DNA of 64,000 bases from Octopus bimaculoides (Eukaryota): the NCBI RefSeq assembly GCF_001194135.2, contig NC_068981.1:22925601-22989600 (forward strand), given 5' to 3'. Made by a program: the position numbers and the translations under genes. Below, piece after piece: positions 40,707 to 52,943 of this stretch (positions are counted from its first letter, which is position 1; every line of letters starts with the position of its first letter). Below the pieces are notes generated by a model. The model did no database searches. It was not told the origin of the DNA and saw only the letters and a program-made list of their open reading frames with translations.

Positions 40707-41032
40707 CTCTTTTGGTACCAATCCAACTGAGACTGTCCTTGGTTCTTTGATATAATCTTCCTGTTTTAAAGTGATATAAATTAAAACCTTCCATTGAAAT
40801 TTCATGTTAATTTATGTTCCTAACTCCAGCTTAATAATGACAAATTTATTTGAATAAATTTGTAGTGGCGCGAAATTATAGCCGCCATTGAGGAAGTACT
40901 ATTCTGCGCATGCGCAGAATAGTACTACCTCAATGGCGGCTATAATTTTGCGCCACTACAAATTCATCATTATTTTCCAAATTAATTGAAACAAAGGTAA
41001 TGTATTACAACAGAAATATGGTAGCAAAAGGG
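40707..41032. mobile_element. piggyBac-type MITE (TTAA-flanked) carrying a palindromic insertion
   Basis: TTAA|CTCTTTTGGTACCA ... TGGTAGCAAAAGGG|TTAA. A related copy lacking the insertion lies in reverse at ~16809-17018. Confidence 0.75.
40857..40964. repeat. 108-bp loopless palindrome with 2 mismatches
   Basis: AATTTGTAGTGGCGCGAAATTATAGCCGCCATTGAGGAAGTACTATTCTGCGCA | TGCGCAGAATAGTACTACCTCAATGGCGGCTATAATTTTGCGCCACTACAAATT. Confidence 0.97.
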
Positions 41033-41396
41033 TTAACTGATATGTGTGTGTGTGCAAACTCCATCTTACACAGCTTGCTGATGAAGCTATGAAGCTGTTT
41101 CTCTCTCTCTCTCTCTCCATTGAACTGAATTTTAAATTAGATATAAAATAAATTCCACAGAACAATACTCAGTCAACAAAATGATATTCAGTGGCAGAAA
41201 AGAAATAAAGAAGAGGCCATGGAACTGAACTCTTAAGAAATGGTTCCTATTGATAATTGATGGCCTTTCAAATATGTGTTATCAACACAAATTTGTAATG
41301 TTTGGACAATTAACCAAATGTATATTGCTGTGAATGTTTAGTTATATCTGTATATTTCTGTGTGTGTGTGTGTGTTGTTATTTTTTTTCTTTGCAG

Positions 41397-41416
41397 GAAT
41401 GGCCTTCATATTGTCA
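41397..41416 (+). CDS. Candidate alternative GRIP 20-nt exon (EWPSYC-Q)
   Basis: Strong acceptor ttttttttctttgcag| and consensus donor |gtaagt. Open in phase 0. No homology evidence. Confidence 0.4.
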
Positions 41417-42027
41417 GTAAGTAACTAGAAAAAGAGTTCTATGAAACATAACAAAAAAAAAATCATAACTATTTGTCATAATTAAACAAAAACAAGCTTG
41501 CATTCTTACAGTCATCGATTCCTACAGTATATTCTGTTTCTGCGACAAACTTTTTCATTCTTGCTGCCAGATTTGCTTTTCAGTTGTCCTCCTCATAACA
41601 TTTGGGTCTGCCTTGACCATGAATGATTAAAAACAACAAAAGAAAAAGACCAAAAAAAAAAAAACCATCCAGTATAAACAAAATTTTTTCCCCAAAAGTT
41701 GTTTCATCATCATTTTGATTAATTTAAGTTGGGGATCATTTACAAACTCAAATAAATCTTTTTTTGTAATGGAAAATTTCATGCCATAATGTCTATCCTC
41801 CACATTTCTTAAATTTGAATACTGGAAAATGTTTGATGTGACTTTGCTCACAAAATAAATATATATAAAAAAAAAAAATCAAAACTGTACTAGTTTGATG
41901 TTCCATCCTTTTTGGTATTTCTTTTTTCCTATCTTTCATTCACATAAACATTGAAATATATATTGTTTTACTAATTTCGTTTTTAATTTCATAAATCAAT
42001 GTTTTTTTCTTTTTCTTTTATGGAAAG

Positions 42028-42112
42028 GCATCACAATAACCAATTTAGGGATTCCGAGAGAGTGGAAGAAAAAAGGGGAGATAAATTACAACAGCTGGAT
42101 TGTTGCAAATAG
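42028..42112 (+). CDS. Candidate alternative GRIP terminal exon (HHNNQFRDSERVEEKRGDKLQQLDCCK*)
   Basis: Long pyrimidine tract then ggaaag|. Phase 2 continuing from 41416 gives 27 open codons to TAG, in a purine-rich island. Confidence 0.33.
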
Positions 42113-42931
42113 AAGAAACATTGCATGAAGATGTTATCCTTAGACCATGGCCTTGGTCTCAATGTTCGTAAGCTTGGACTTAGTTAAAGGAACCCAAAGG
42201 CTAGGTTGTCATGTTAAACTGGTTGATGGATTGTGTCTACCGTTCACAAAGAGGTATAGTTCACAGGTTTCAGTGGTCCAGTTTCAATACCAACACTTAA
42301 GTTGCTTGACACAATGGTACTTGCTGCAAAGTACCATACTGTACTTTTGATTTTGGAACCATGTGACTGTGAAACGAACTTCTTAACCACATCACTATAA
42401 GTCTCTTCAACCAAATACGTGAATGCATCATCATCATCGTTTAATGTCTGCTTTACATGCTAGCATGGGTTGGACGATTTGACTGAGGACTGGTGAACCA
42501 GATAGCTACACCAGGCTCCAATCTGATTTGGCAGAGTTTCTACAGCTGCATGCCCTTCCTAACGCCAACCACTCTGAGAGCAAAAGTTCTTAAATCTAAA
42601 ATCCAGTACAGACAGAAGGAGTGATATAGGATGTTGTGTATAGTGGTAGCAGACTTCCATTGCTCAACGATAAAGATTGATTTTTGATCAACACAGTTAC
42701 TTGTTCACTTATTTAATGTGCAAGTGGATGAGTATTCCAAAAAAACCTGACCCATTAATGTAATTCTCAGGCAGAATTATCATGACACAGCATGTGACAA
42801 GGTTGTGCCTTTGAATCACACGTACAATCCACCCAATGAGCTTCTATACAGTTTCTGTCTCCTCAAATTCGGTCTCATAGAATGGGTCAACTCCATGCTA
42901 TAGTAAATTACATTTGCTCTGTGAGATTTAA

Positions 42932-43150
42932 CTCTTTAGCATTCAGATAACTTATCAAATATAATGCTTATTTATTCACATTGTTTTGAATTAATAATAC
43001 ATTCTCTCACAGCTTTGAGATTTTGATGATGCGATTGTTTATTTTTAGAATGACATTGTAGGGTAGACACGAGAGGCTGGATCTGGCTGGCTTGAACATA
43101 AGACACATAGAATATTTGTGTCTGGTATGGCTGGGGTAAATGCTAAAGGG
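42932..43150. mobile_element. piggyBac-type MITE
   Basis: TTAA|CTCTTTAGCATT ... AATGCTAAAGGG|TTAA. Confidence 0.8.
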
Positions 43151-43462
43151 TTAAAGAAATTCTCTTACATGTCTTGATGATTTCAGATATTCATTTAATC
43201 CATTTAGACATCCATGTAAAGCTGAAAAACCATGACAGGATGAGGAGGGTTTGTAATAAACTTTATATAAAAGAATAAACTAAAACAAAAGCACAAAGAC
43301 TATGAAGGAGAAAAAGAGGTACAGATAAAGAACAATTAAGTATTTTCTTTTATTAAATCTTTTTTTTTTTTCCATGAATTGAAACGTCTTATGCTTAGTT
43401 GATCCTTGAAAGAAAGTTGTACAACCAACCTTGGAAGTTGTTTTAAGACCAGGTTTAAAACG

Positions 43463-43493
<31 letters not shown>

Positions 43494-44043
43494 ACTCACT
43501 CACAAATGGGTATTTTTGCTTTCAAACAAGTAATGAATTCTAAATTAGGTAATCAATATCATTCACTACAATACTCAGCTTCGGCTGATACTTTATTTTA
43601 TCAATCCTAGGCAGGGTGAAAGGCAAAGTTAATTGTTATTTCTTTACTACCCACAAGGGGCTAAACATAGAGGGGACAAACAAGGGATTAAGTCAATTAC
43701 ATCGACCTCAGTGCGTAACTGGTACTTAATTTATCGACCCCGAAAGGTTGAAAGGCAAAGTCAACCTCAGCGGAATTTGAACTCAGAACGTAGCGGTAGA
43801 CAAAATACCGCTAAGCATTTCGCCTGGCGTGTTAACATTTCTGCCAGCTCGCTGCCTTTGTTAATTGTAGCAAGATTTGAACTCAGGATGTAAACTGCTG
43901 GTACAAATACCACAAGGCATTCCTTTTGATACTCTACTGATTCTGCCAGCTCTTCCCCTTCATTCAAACAAATAAAGCCAAAAAATTTCTGAATGGTCTC
44001 CACAGGAACACAAAGGTGATTCCATACAATCCTCCTCTTTTGC

Positions 44044-44830
44044 CTTCTTTTACTTGTTTCAATCATTAGATGACCTCAGCCATGCTGAGGGTATCTTCTT
44101 GAAGGATTTAGTTGAACAAATTGACCCCAATATTTATTTTTAAAATTAGGTACTTATTCTTTTGAGGCTCTTTAGGTGAACTGCTAGGTTATGGGGTAGG
44201 TTATGGAGGACATAAACAACCCAACATCAGTTAAGCAATGGTGGGACACACACACACATAGGTGCAGGTGTGGCTGTGTGGAAAGAAGCTTGCTTCCCAA
44301 CCACATGGTTCAGGGTTCAGTCCCACAGCATAGAACTTTGGGCAAGTGTCTTCTACTATAGCTTCAGGCTGACCAAAGACTTGTGAGTGGATTTGGTAGA
44401 TGGAAACTGAAAGAAGCCCGTCGTTTATGTATATATATATATATGTTGTGTGTGTGTGTGTGTATCTTTGTGTTTGTCCACCGCCACTGCTTGACAACCA
44501 GTATTGGTGTGTTTACATCTCTGTAACTTAGTGGTTTGGCAAAAGAGACTGGCATAGTAAGTACCAGGCTTTAAAAAATTACGTACATTCAACTAAAATT
44601 TCAGGGCAGTGCCCCAGCATGGCCACAATCAAATGACTGAAACAAGTATATATATATATATATATATGTGCACACATGATTGACTTCCACAGTGTCCATC
44701 TACCAAATTCACCCACAAGGTATTGGTCAGCCTGGGGCTATAGTAGAAGACACTTCCTCAAGGTGCCTTGCTGTGGGATTGAACCTAAAACTACGTGGTC
44801 ACTTCCTTACTACATAGCCATGCCTGCACC
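44044..44830. mobile_element. Family A SINE (+, 44260-44647) nested inside an older family A copy (-)
   Basis: Minus 3' half at 44044-44258, complete plus copy, then minus 5' half at ~44675-44830. Confidence 0.75.
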
Positions 44831-45418
44831 TATATCTGTACATTTAAGTTTTGTAGCTTAATTATTTAAATGATTTTACTAATGATATATATATAAATAA
44901 CAGCTGTTTATTTTAAAACATACTTCTTCAGATATTGAACGAAAGTAATTTTTGAGTCATGAAAAAAAAATTACCAGAATTATGATATTGGTGAAGACAG
45001 AACAACAGCAACAAGTAAGAGTTGAAGATATAGATTAGAATTCTTGGCCCAATATTGGTAAAAAGTTATATATTTCACTCTTACTGATAATTAACAAAAT
45101 ACTAAATATTTTGAATCCAGGAATGGGTTTTTCTTTTTGTTTTCTCTAATATATATTTACAAATTTACATTTCTTTTTAACTTTTCCTGAACTAATCTCA
45201 AAATATGAAACCATTTTGGAATATTTTGTATTCTATTTATTCTACAAACATGGCTATAGACACAGGCATTGCTATGTTGTCCAGAAATTAGCTTTCCAAC
45301 CACTTGGTTTCAGGTTCAGTCCCACTGTGTCGCACCTTGGGCAAGTATCTTCTGCTATTGCTCTGGGCAGCAAAAGCCTTGTGAATAAACTTGGTAGAAA
45401 GAAACTGAGAAAAGCCAA

Positions 45419-45474
<56 letters not shown>

Positions 45475-45899
45475 TACTTTTATATATCCCTCTACACTGC
45501 CTCATGCAGTTGAGGGACCTTAACTTGCAAGTACTTTGTGACCTCACCATTGCTGGTGCCATAAAAAACATGCACCCAATACACTCTAAAATGCTTGGCA
45601 TTATGTAGGGTATCCAGCTGTAGAAACCTTGCCAAAGCAGATACTAGAGCTTAGTGCAGCCTTCTGGCTCAACAGTTGCTGCCAAACTATCCAACCCATG
45701 CCAAAATAATGATATTTATGTGTCTGTATGCATCAGTTTATATCAGTGTAAGATATTAAATATTGATGAGAAAAAGAATGTCATTATACAAATGAGGTCC
45801 CCACTGCATCAGGTTAGGCCCTTCCTTGTCACATTCACTGTCAGAAATACAGAAATACATTGAATTCGTGATTAGCTTGTTGGAAACTTGTAATGGCGA

Positions 45900-46139
45900 A
45901 CCCTGCTGTACTCTTTCACCACTTTCTATCACTCTTACTTCCTGTTTCTGTTGTGCCTGTAATTCAAAGGGTCAGCCTTGCCACACAGTGTCACGATGAA
46001 TATCCCCGAGAACTACGTTAAGGGTACACGTGTCTGTGGAGTGCTCAGCCACTTGCACGTTAATTTCACAAGCAGGCTGTTCCGTTGATTGGATCAATAG
46101 GAACCCTCGACGTCGTAAGCAACGGAGTGCCAACACACA
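45900..46139 (+). mobile_element. 5'-truncated family D SINE
   Basis: Same 3' two-thirds as 63571-63928 (aagggtacacgtgtctgtggagtgctcagccacttgcacgttaatttcac). Confidence 0.85.
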
Positions 46140-46719
46140 TGATTTTTCTACAATAGGCCTGTTCATAAATTGAATATATATATAGATAAATCTCACAGTT
46201 GGCAATAGATCATTTCTGTTTGTACACTTATATCCCTTTGATTAACTTTACTTTTCTTTTAATCATTAAGTGTAATTTTCTACACTTGCATGGATTACAT
46301 GGTTCTTGTTCAGCACTGCTTCTCACCGATTGCTATGTAGTCCCTTGTCATCTTCTGTGTGATGTACAGCATTCAGAGATCAGCTTCACCATTTTTTCCA
46401 TTTTTACAAGATTGCTTAGCACTTTTCTTTTATCCATCTATCATCCTCTATAGGCATCTCATGTCTGTACCTTCTTGTTGATTCCTCTTACACCTATCTG
46501 TTTCGGCAACTCATTTGTGTTACAACATTTACACCCCCGACCCACACCAAATTCCTCCACCTTCCCTCACAACTGACCGTACTTGCACCATTTTTGCCAC
46601 TCATGCATTTCCTCTATCTCCATCTTTACCCATCTGCTACTCCCCTTCACACTCACGTGAACCTAAGCTTTCCACTCATACCACTTCCCTTATATTCACC
46701 TTCCAGCATTACTGACGAA

Positions 46720-46793
46720 GGCCGGTTAGCTCAGTTGATTGGAGCGTTGTGCTATTAACACAAATATCGTGGGTTCAAGCCCCATACTGGCCA
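46720..46793 (+). tRNA. tRNA-Ile(AAT)-derived gene or pseudogene; anticodon now reads ATT
   Basis: GGCCGGTTAGCTCAGTTGATTGGAGCGTTGTGCTATTAACACAAATATCGTGGGTTCAAGCCCCATACTGGCCA folds as a cloverleaf (acceptor GGCCGGT/ACTGGCC, D GCTC/GAGC, anticodon TTGTG/CACAA, T GTGGG/CCCAT). The body resembles eukaryotic tRNA-Ile(AAT). A T6 run follows at 46799-46804. CpG-decay-type substitutions and loss of D-loop GG suggest a pseudogene. Confidence 0.75.
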
Positions 46794-49023
46794 TATGTCT
46801 TTTTTCGTGCCAGTGGGACATAAAAAGCACCCACTACACTCTCAGAGTGGTTGGCGTTAGGAAGGGCATCCAACTGTAGAAACTCTGCCAGGTCAGATTG
46901 GAGTCTGGTGTAGCCATCTGGTTCGCCAGTCCTCAGTCAAATCGTCCAACCCATGCTAACATGGAAAATGGATGTTAAATGATGAAGATGATATGCTCTG
47001 ACATCTTTTTTTTCCAGCTGGGTTAACCATACATCTCCCTACAGTATAACATGCATTTCTGTCCCTCCACCCTCATCATTTGGCATAAAGCCTCCACTCT
47101 AAATATTCCTCCCTCCTCAGTTGTGGGGGGTTTTGTCTTGCGGGTTATTTTGTAACCTTGCTATTGCAAACGCCGCATAAAAAGCATCCAGTAAACTTTG
47201 TAAAGTAGTTATTAGGAAGAGATCCAGCCATAGAAATCATGACAAAGACAATGGAGTTTGGTGCAGTTTTATAGCTTGCAAGTTCTTGACAAACCATTCA
47301 GTCCAAGCCAGCATCGAAAATAGATATTAAATAATAATGATTGTTAGTTCCACCAGAATGCAACAAACTGGCAGAATTGTTAGCATATAGGGCAAAATGC
47401 TTAGTGGTATTTTGTCCATATCATCATCATTGTCGTCGTTTAATGTCCACTTTCCATGCTGGCATGGGTTGGACGGTTTGACTGAAAACCGGCAAGCCAG
47501 GAGACCAGGAGGCTGCACCAGACTCCAATCTGATTTAGCAAAGTTTCAACAGCTTGATGCCCTTCCTACACACACACACACGCACATATAATGGGCTTCC
47601 TTCAGTTTCCATCTACCAAATCCACTGAAAGTTTTGATCAGCCTAGGGTTAGAGTAGAAGACACATATCCAAAGTGCCACACAGTAGGATTGAACCTGAA
47701 ACCGTGTGGTTGGGTAGCTAACTTCTTAACCACATGGCCATGCCTGTGCCTTTTGTCATTAGTAAAATAATTCAAATTTGAGTTCCAGTAATTATGAGTT
47801 AGAATCCCAGTTCTGAATAGTTAATGTGAGTAATATTTTATAATTAACTATAATCATAATTAAATTCTATTCACAATATGAACATAATTAGTAGCATTGT
47901 CCAGATTTATTAATACCTACAATAAACACAATCATATAAATTCACTATATTTTGGTTAAACTTCTTGAAAAATGTCCGGATTCTTTTCAATCAATTAGAA
48001 ATACTTTAAAATATATATATAGAGATCTTAAAATAAAATTGCCATTCTTTTTATATATTTCAAAATTTTCATAATTTAACATTCATTTTCCATTCAGACA
48101 TGGGTTGATGGTTTGACTGGAGTTGGCAAGCTGGGGCTGCACCAGGCTCCAATTGTCTGTTTTGGCAAGATATCTATGACTGGATGCCCTTCCTAATGCC
48201 AGCTCCTTTTACAGAATGTACTGGATGCCTTTTACATGGCACCAGCATGCGTGCTTATGTGGCATCAGCAAGCTTGCAAAGCAAGGGACCTCTTAGCTAA
48301 GAGAGAGGGTGGAACCAAGAGGTTAGAGTACAATAGAGGGACAATACTATACTAGTTACTCTAAATGAATTGTTTTTCTAATCAGTAAATATTTCCAATG
48401 TCTATTGCTGTGCTTGAGGTATATAAATACCGTTACATGTTTCTCCTAGGCTAAGGCTTAAGTCTGACATGAGCCTTAAAACTCATAAGGTTTTTAGCTT
48501 GATGTGATTTCCATAGCATATGACTGGATTACATTTCCTCCTGAACAGGATGCCAGTCCATTGCAGGGTTATCTTCCCAAATATTGTGGGAATTCATTTA
48601 CAGTCGAATGAATTGGAACAATGTGACATTATGTGTTTTGCTCAAGAATGCAATGCACCGACCAGTTTGAAAACTGAAACTCCGACCTTAGAATTGTGAG
48701 TGCAACACCTTAAACTCTAAGACGCATATTTTCACTGACAAACTTAAAAAAAAAAAAAAAAAATCAGGAAAGTTATATACGCTATGAATTTACCTTGCAA
48801 TAATCAAAGTCAGCATGAAGTTCTATGGTTTGGCAGGATCTGATTGGTCCAAGGACTGTATTCTGCTCCACTCTCAACTTTGTCATGGTTTCTATGGCTG
48901 GATGCCCTTCCTAATGCCAACCACTTTACAGCATGTACTTGGTGCATTTTTGTACCACTAGCACTATTGAAATTGCTAGACTATGAATCCCAAGGGAGGG
49001 TAGGGGTCGGCTTTATGCTAGGG

Positions 49024-49266
49024 CAGTGGTTGCCACCCCTTGACACTCAGGTCATATTATCAGTGCCCCTCCCCCACCACAAACATAGACCACTTTCTAC
49101 ATTAAATTCAAAACAACTGTATTTCACAAGCTTAACTTAATTAACCCATAATTTTATTGTTTTTTTACATTCATCATCCCTTTATTGCCCCCACTTTTCT
49201 TCAATACCTCACTGGATATTTCCACTGCCCCCAATGGAGTAGTGCTAGCCAATTTGGGAACCACTG
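49024..49266. mobile_element. Degenerate hAT-type MITE
   Basis: Ends CAGTGGTTgCC... / ...TTTGGGAACCACTG; flanks tgctaggg / tgctgtgg match at 6 of 8 positions. Confidence 0.5.
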
Positions 49267-49561
49267 TGCTGTGGGTTACTCTATGAGAGTAGAGCAGCAG
49301 CAAAGAAATAGTGGTGAAGGGGTGTCCCCTTAAAAAAATGAGAGGAGTAGAAGTGGGTGAATATTTGTATCCCTAAGCAAAATTACTGTGACCTACAACT
49401 TGGAAGATACATTCCTCATCATCTAACGTCCAATTCCCATGCTGGCATGGGTTGGATGATTTGCCAGGAGCTGATAATCTAGAAGACTATGCTAAGCTCA
49501 ACTGTCTGCTTTGGCACAGTTTCTATGGTTGGATGCTCTTATATGGGATTTAAAAGTTAGA

Positions 49562-49987
49562 ATTACTCTTTTACTTGTTTCAGTCAGTTGACTGCGGCCA
49601 TGCTGGAACACCGCCTTTAATCGAGCAAATCAACCCCAGGACTTATTCTTTGGAAGCCTAGTACTTATTCTATTGGTCTCTTTTGCCGAACCGCTAAGTT
49701 ACGGGGACGCAAACACACCAGCATCGGTTGNNNNNNNNNNCTCTTTTGCCGAACCGCTAAGTTACGGGGACGCAAACACACCAGCATCGGTTGTCAAGCG
49801 ATGTTGGGGGGACAAACAGACACACACATATATACGACGGGCTTCTTTCAGTTTCCATCTACCAAATCCACTCACAAGGCTTTGGTCAGCTCGAGGCTCT
49901 AGTAGAAGACACTTGCCCAAGGTCCCATGCAGTGGGACTGAACCCGGAATCATGTGGTTGGTAAGCAAGCTACTTACCACACAGCCA
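49562..49987 (-). mobile_element. Family A SINE copy spanning a 10-N gap
   Basis: Same consensus; sequence is duplicated across the gap at 49731-49740. Confidence 0.85.
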
Positions 49988-52846
49988 TTTTTTTCCTTTG
50001 TTACTGGTACACCAACGCTAGTGAAACAGAGTACAAATAGAAAATAGATGATAGTGTAAAGAAATGTATGAGACATTGAAGACAAACGAGCAAATAAGAA
50101 CTGATATATTGTTTTATTAAAGTCCTTGTTGCTATTACCATTAAATGTCTAAACATCTGGTTTATCTTCAATATTTTTCATAGTCACAGATGAGAAAACA
50201 AGTCATAACAAGAAACAAAAAAATAATGTTTGGAAATAAAGATGAAACAAATAATTATGAAGTCTATGAAAGACAGACAGCAGTATATAAGTTGTCTGGA
50301 GAACGTATGAAGATCTGCTATTGTCTTTGTGGAGGAAAATAAATAGTGGATTGGGAATATTGTTATCCATCCTTGCCACCCACTGTCTAAGTCGAGGGTG
50401 GTGGGGACAGAATGTGATATGTGAGTGCTATTTTATAAATGATTGTTATTGATTTTTTTTTTTTTTCATTTTAACATGTTAATAGATTTCAATGATAGAT
50501 AATGGAATACAAAACTTATGACCTAACAGCTAGGAATTTTGTCAACATTGCTGATTGCATTTCTACATCTAATTATGAAATAAACCCTTCATTTAACAAC
50601 TGGCCATAAAATTAGATTTTAAAAAAAAACAAAAAAAAACCCAGTTTGTAAAAATTTCTTAATGTTTTCTCCACTATTTACAGAGAAAAAAAAAACTACA
50701 CAAGCCATCTGATGAAGAAATGTTTGAATATATTTCTGACAAGAAAAACACAAATCTGCTAACTTCTTTATACTGGTTCTAATACTTGTTCATTATTCAC
50801 CATGCATGAAGATTGGGTGTGATTAATGTTCCACTCAACATGCATATGTCATTCTTTTTTTTTGTTTGTTCCTTATTGATATTGTACCAGTCCAACATTG
50901 ACATAGTGTACAAAAATAACAAGCACTAATTGTAAACATTTTTGTGAATATGCACCACGTTTTTAGCCAAGTCCACATACCTATCACATTTTTTTCTTTT
51001 TTCTTAATAATATAACCCATATTGGGTTTGATAACTCTATAAATTCTGATATATGCATAAAATGTCTGATCTGATTAACTTTTGACAACTTGCCTTTCCC
51101 AGCTTATATACCCATTCACTCTTCTGTTGAGAGCACAGCAATCACTCAACCTACTAAAATTAGCAGCTAAAGCTTCCTCAGATCGCACTCTTGCATCTTC
51201 GACACGATGAAGTAGTCCAAGGTTAACAAAAAAAAAAAAAGGGCCATGATTGGAATGCCTTTGACTCTAGGTCTGCTCGATCAAGGTCAACTTGGAACTA
51301 AACAACAACAGTGAACTGAGTCAAATATGCGTAGATCAAGGACACAACTGAAGGGTGACAGGGGTGGCCTTTCTAGTTTGATCAATTCTATAAATAATTG
51401 TTTGTATGACACCAAACTGTGCGCACCCCCACCTTCAGTTTTCTCAACTAGTAGATACAAATAAGGATCTCAGACCTTATGAGATACATTGTGTGAGGTA
51501 AGGTATAGAAAGACCTTCTTTTACAAACATTTTATGACAGTGCCCCAGGTGGAGTAATAGCCAACCAGCTGGCTGGCTGGAACCGAATAAGAGAGAATAA
51601 AAGAAAGAGAAAATGTGGCATGCTCATAATCGAAAGTGGGGAAAAGTCGCAGACAAATGAAATCATTTTGTTAGCCACCCTCTTCTATAAAACTTAAAAT
51701 CAGACGGATGAGTTAAATGGTTGAGCTACTGAACAACTATTAAAAAAAAAAGCTAAACCCCTTTATTTTCTACATGTTTTTTTTTTTTTAAATTATAAAA
51801 CAAAAATAAATCCTGTATTAAAATGTATAATTTATGGATTTGTGCTTGCAACAATATAACATAAAAATAAGAGGAGTGATTTTAGGTGAAACTGAAAATT
51901 CAACTTTTAAGTCTCTCCTTCAATTATGTTAGTCAATAATTCATTAATGTAATTAAGGGGAGAATAAAGGAAAAAGAAACAAATGACTATTTGGCAATTT
52001 TTTGATGCATTTGCCTGGAGATATGAATATCTAATAGTTGTAAACTAATGAGCGTCGTGTATGAACCTTAAAACACACAAGTTTGTGTCACAGCTTATTT
52101 GCACATACGACTGTGTGTATGTAATGCTATATGCACATACACCGTAGTATATTTTATATATTAGTTTAATATATTTAATTTTCTTGTTATCATCAAACTT
52201 TCAAATTTTTCACACAGCAATGATTATGCAGTAATAATGATGACTGTATAACCATTGTTGTAATTTATTTTTTTAAAAAATAACCCAACTTATTTCGTTT
52301 ATTATTTGATATTAAATTTTGTTTTGTTTGATAATTCTAAAATCGTTTACAGGCCAATGAACAAATATTGTATGTGTAACAAACTTAAAAAAAACAAAAT
52401 GGGCAGCGGGGGGAGAAGCAGGTAAATTATATGTTGAGATATACAAAATACATTAAAAGAACAGTAACAGTACTGTGTGTTGATGGCCTGTTGTTTTATG
52501 AACAGGTTTAAATGTTAAGTAACTCAACAGATTTAAACTGTTCATCGGAAGTGACAACCGAAATAAAAGGATGAGCAGCAGTGGAAAGGTGGAAGCTGTA
52601 GAGGAGACATGTACAGGGCACTAAAAAATATCACAGTAATATGATTTTGTATTGTTTTGGTCTCCTCTTTTCCATTCTCTCTTTCTCACTCCTCTTCAAT
52701 GAAACTGTCCCTTTAATAAACTTTTCACCGTTTGCTCATATTTTATATCACTGTAGCAGAACTAAGATAGAAAGATATGTATATCTATCCAACCTTAGAG
52801 TGCTAAATAAAAAAAAAAAAAAATTTTTTAAATTTAAAAAACTGTT

Positions 52847-52943
52847 TCATTTGTCCTTCTGTTGACATGGAATGCAGCCACTGTGTTCCTTATCCAACTT
52901 CTCAATACCACGAGCAAACAATTTTACCAGCTGACAATGGACC
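52847..52943 (-). CDS. CERK: Ceramide kinase last coding exon with stop
   Basis: Acceptor tctatcattccag|G (phase 2). VHCQLVKLFARGIEKLDKEHSGCIPCQQKDK* matches recalled CERK VHCQLVRLFARGIE. Confidence 0.94.

Noticed and set aside
46712-46800. Hammerhead ribozyme using the tRNA acceptor stem as stem II
   Set aside because: The required GAAA after the stem is absent.
52460-52621. Minus-strand acceptor and hydrophobic open frame downstream of the CERK stop (GPI-signal-like)
   Set aside because: No homology; the phase from the CERK donor gives only a short unrelated peptide. More simply 3' UTR.
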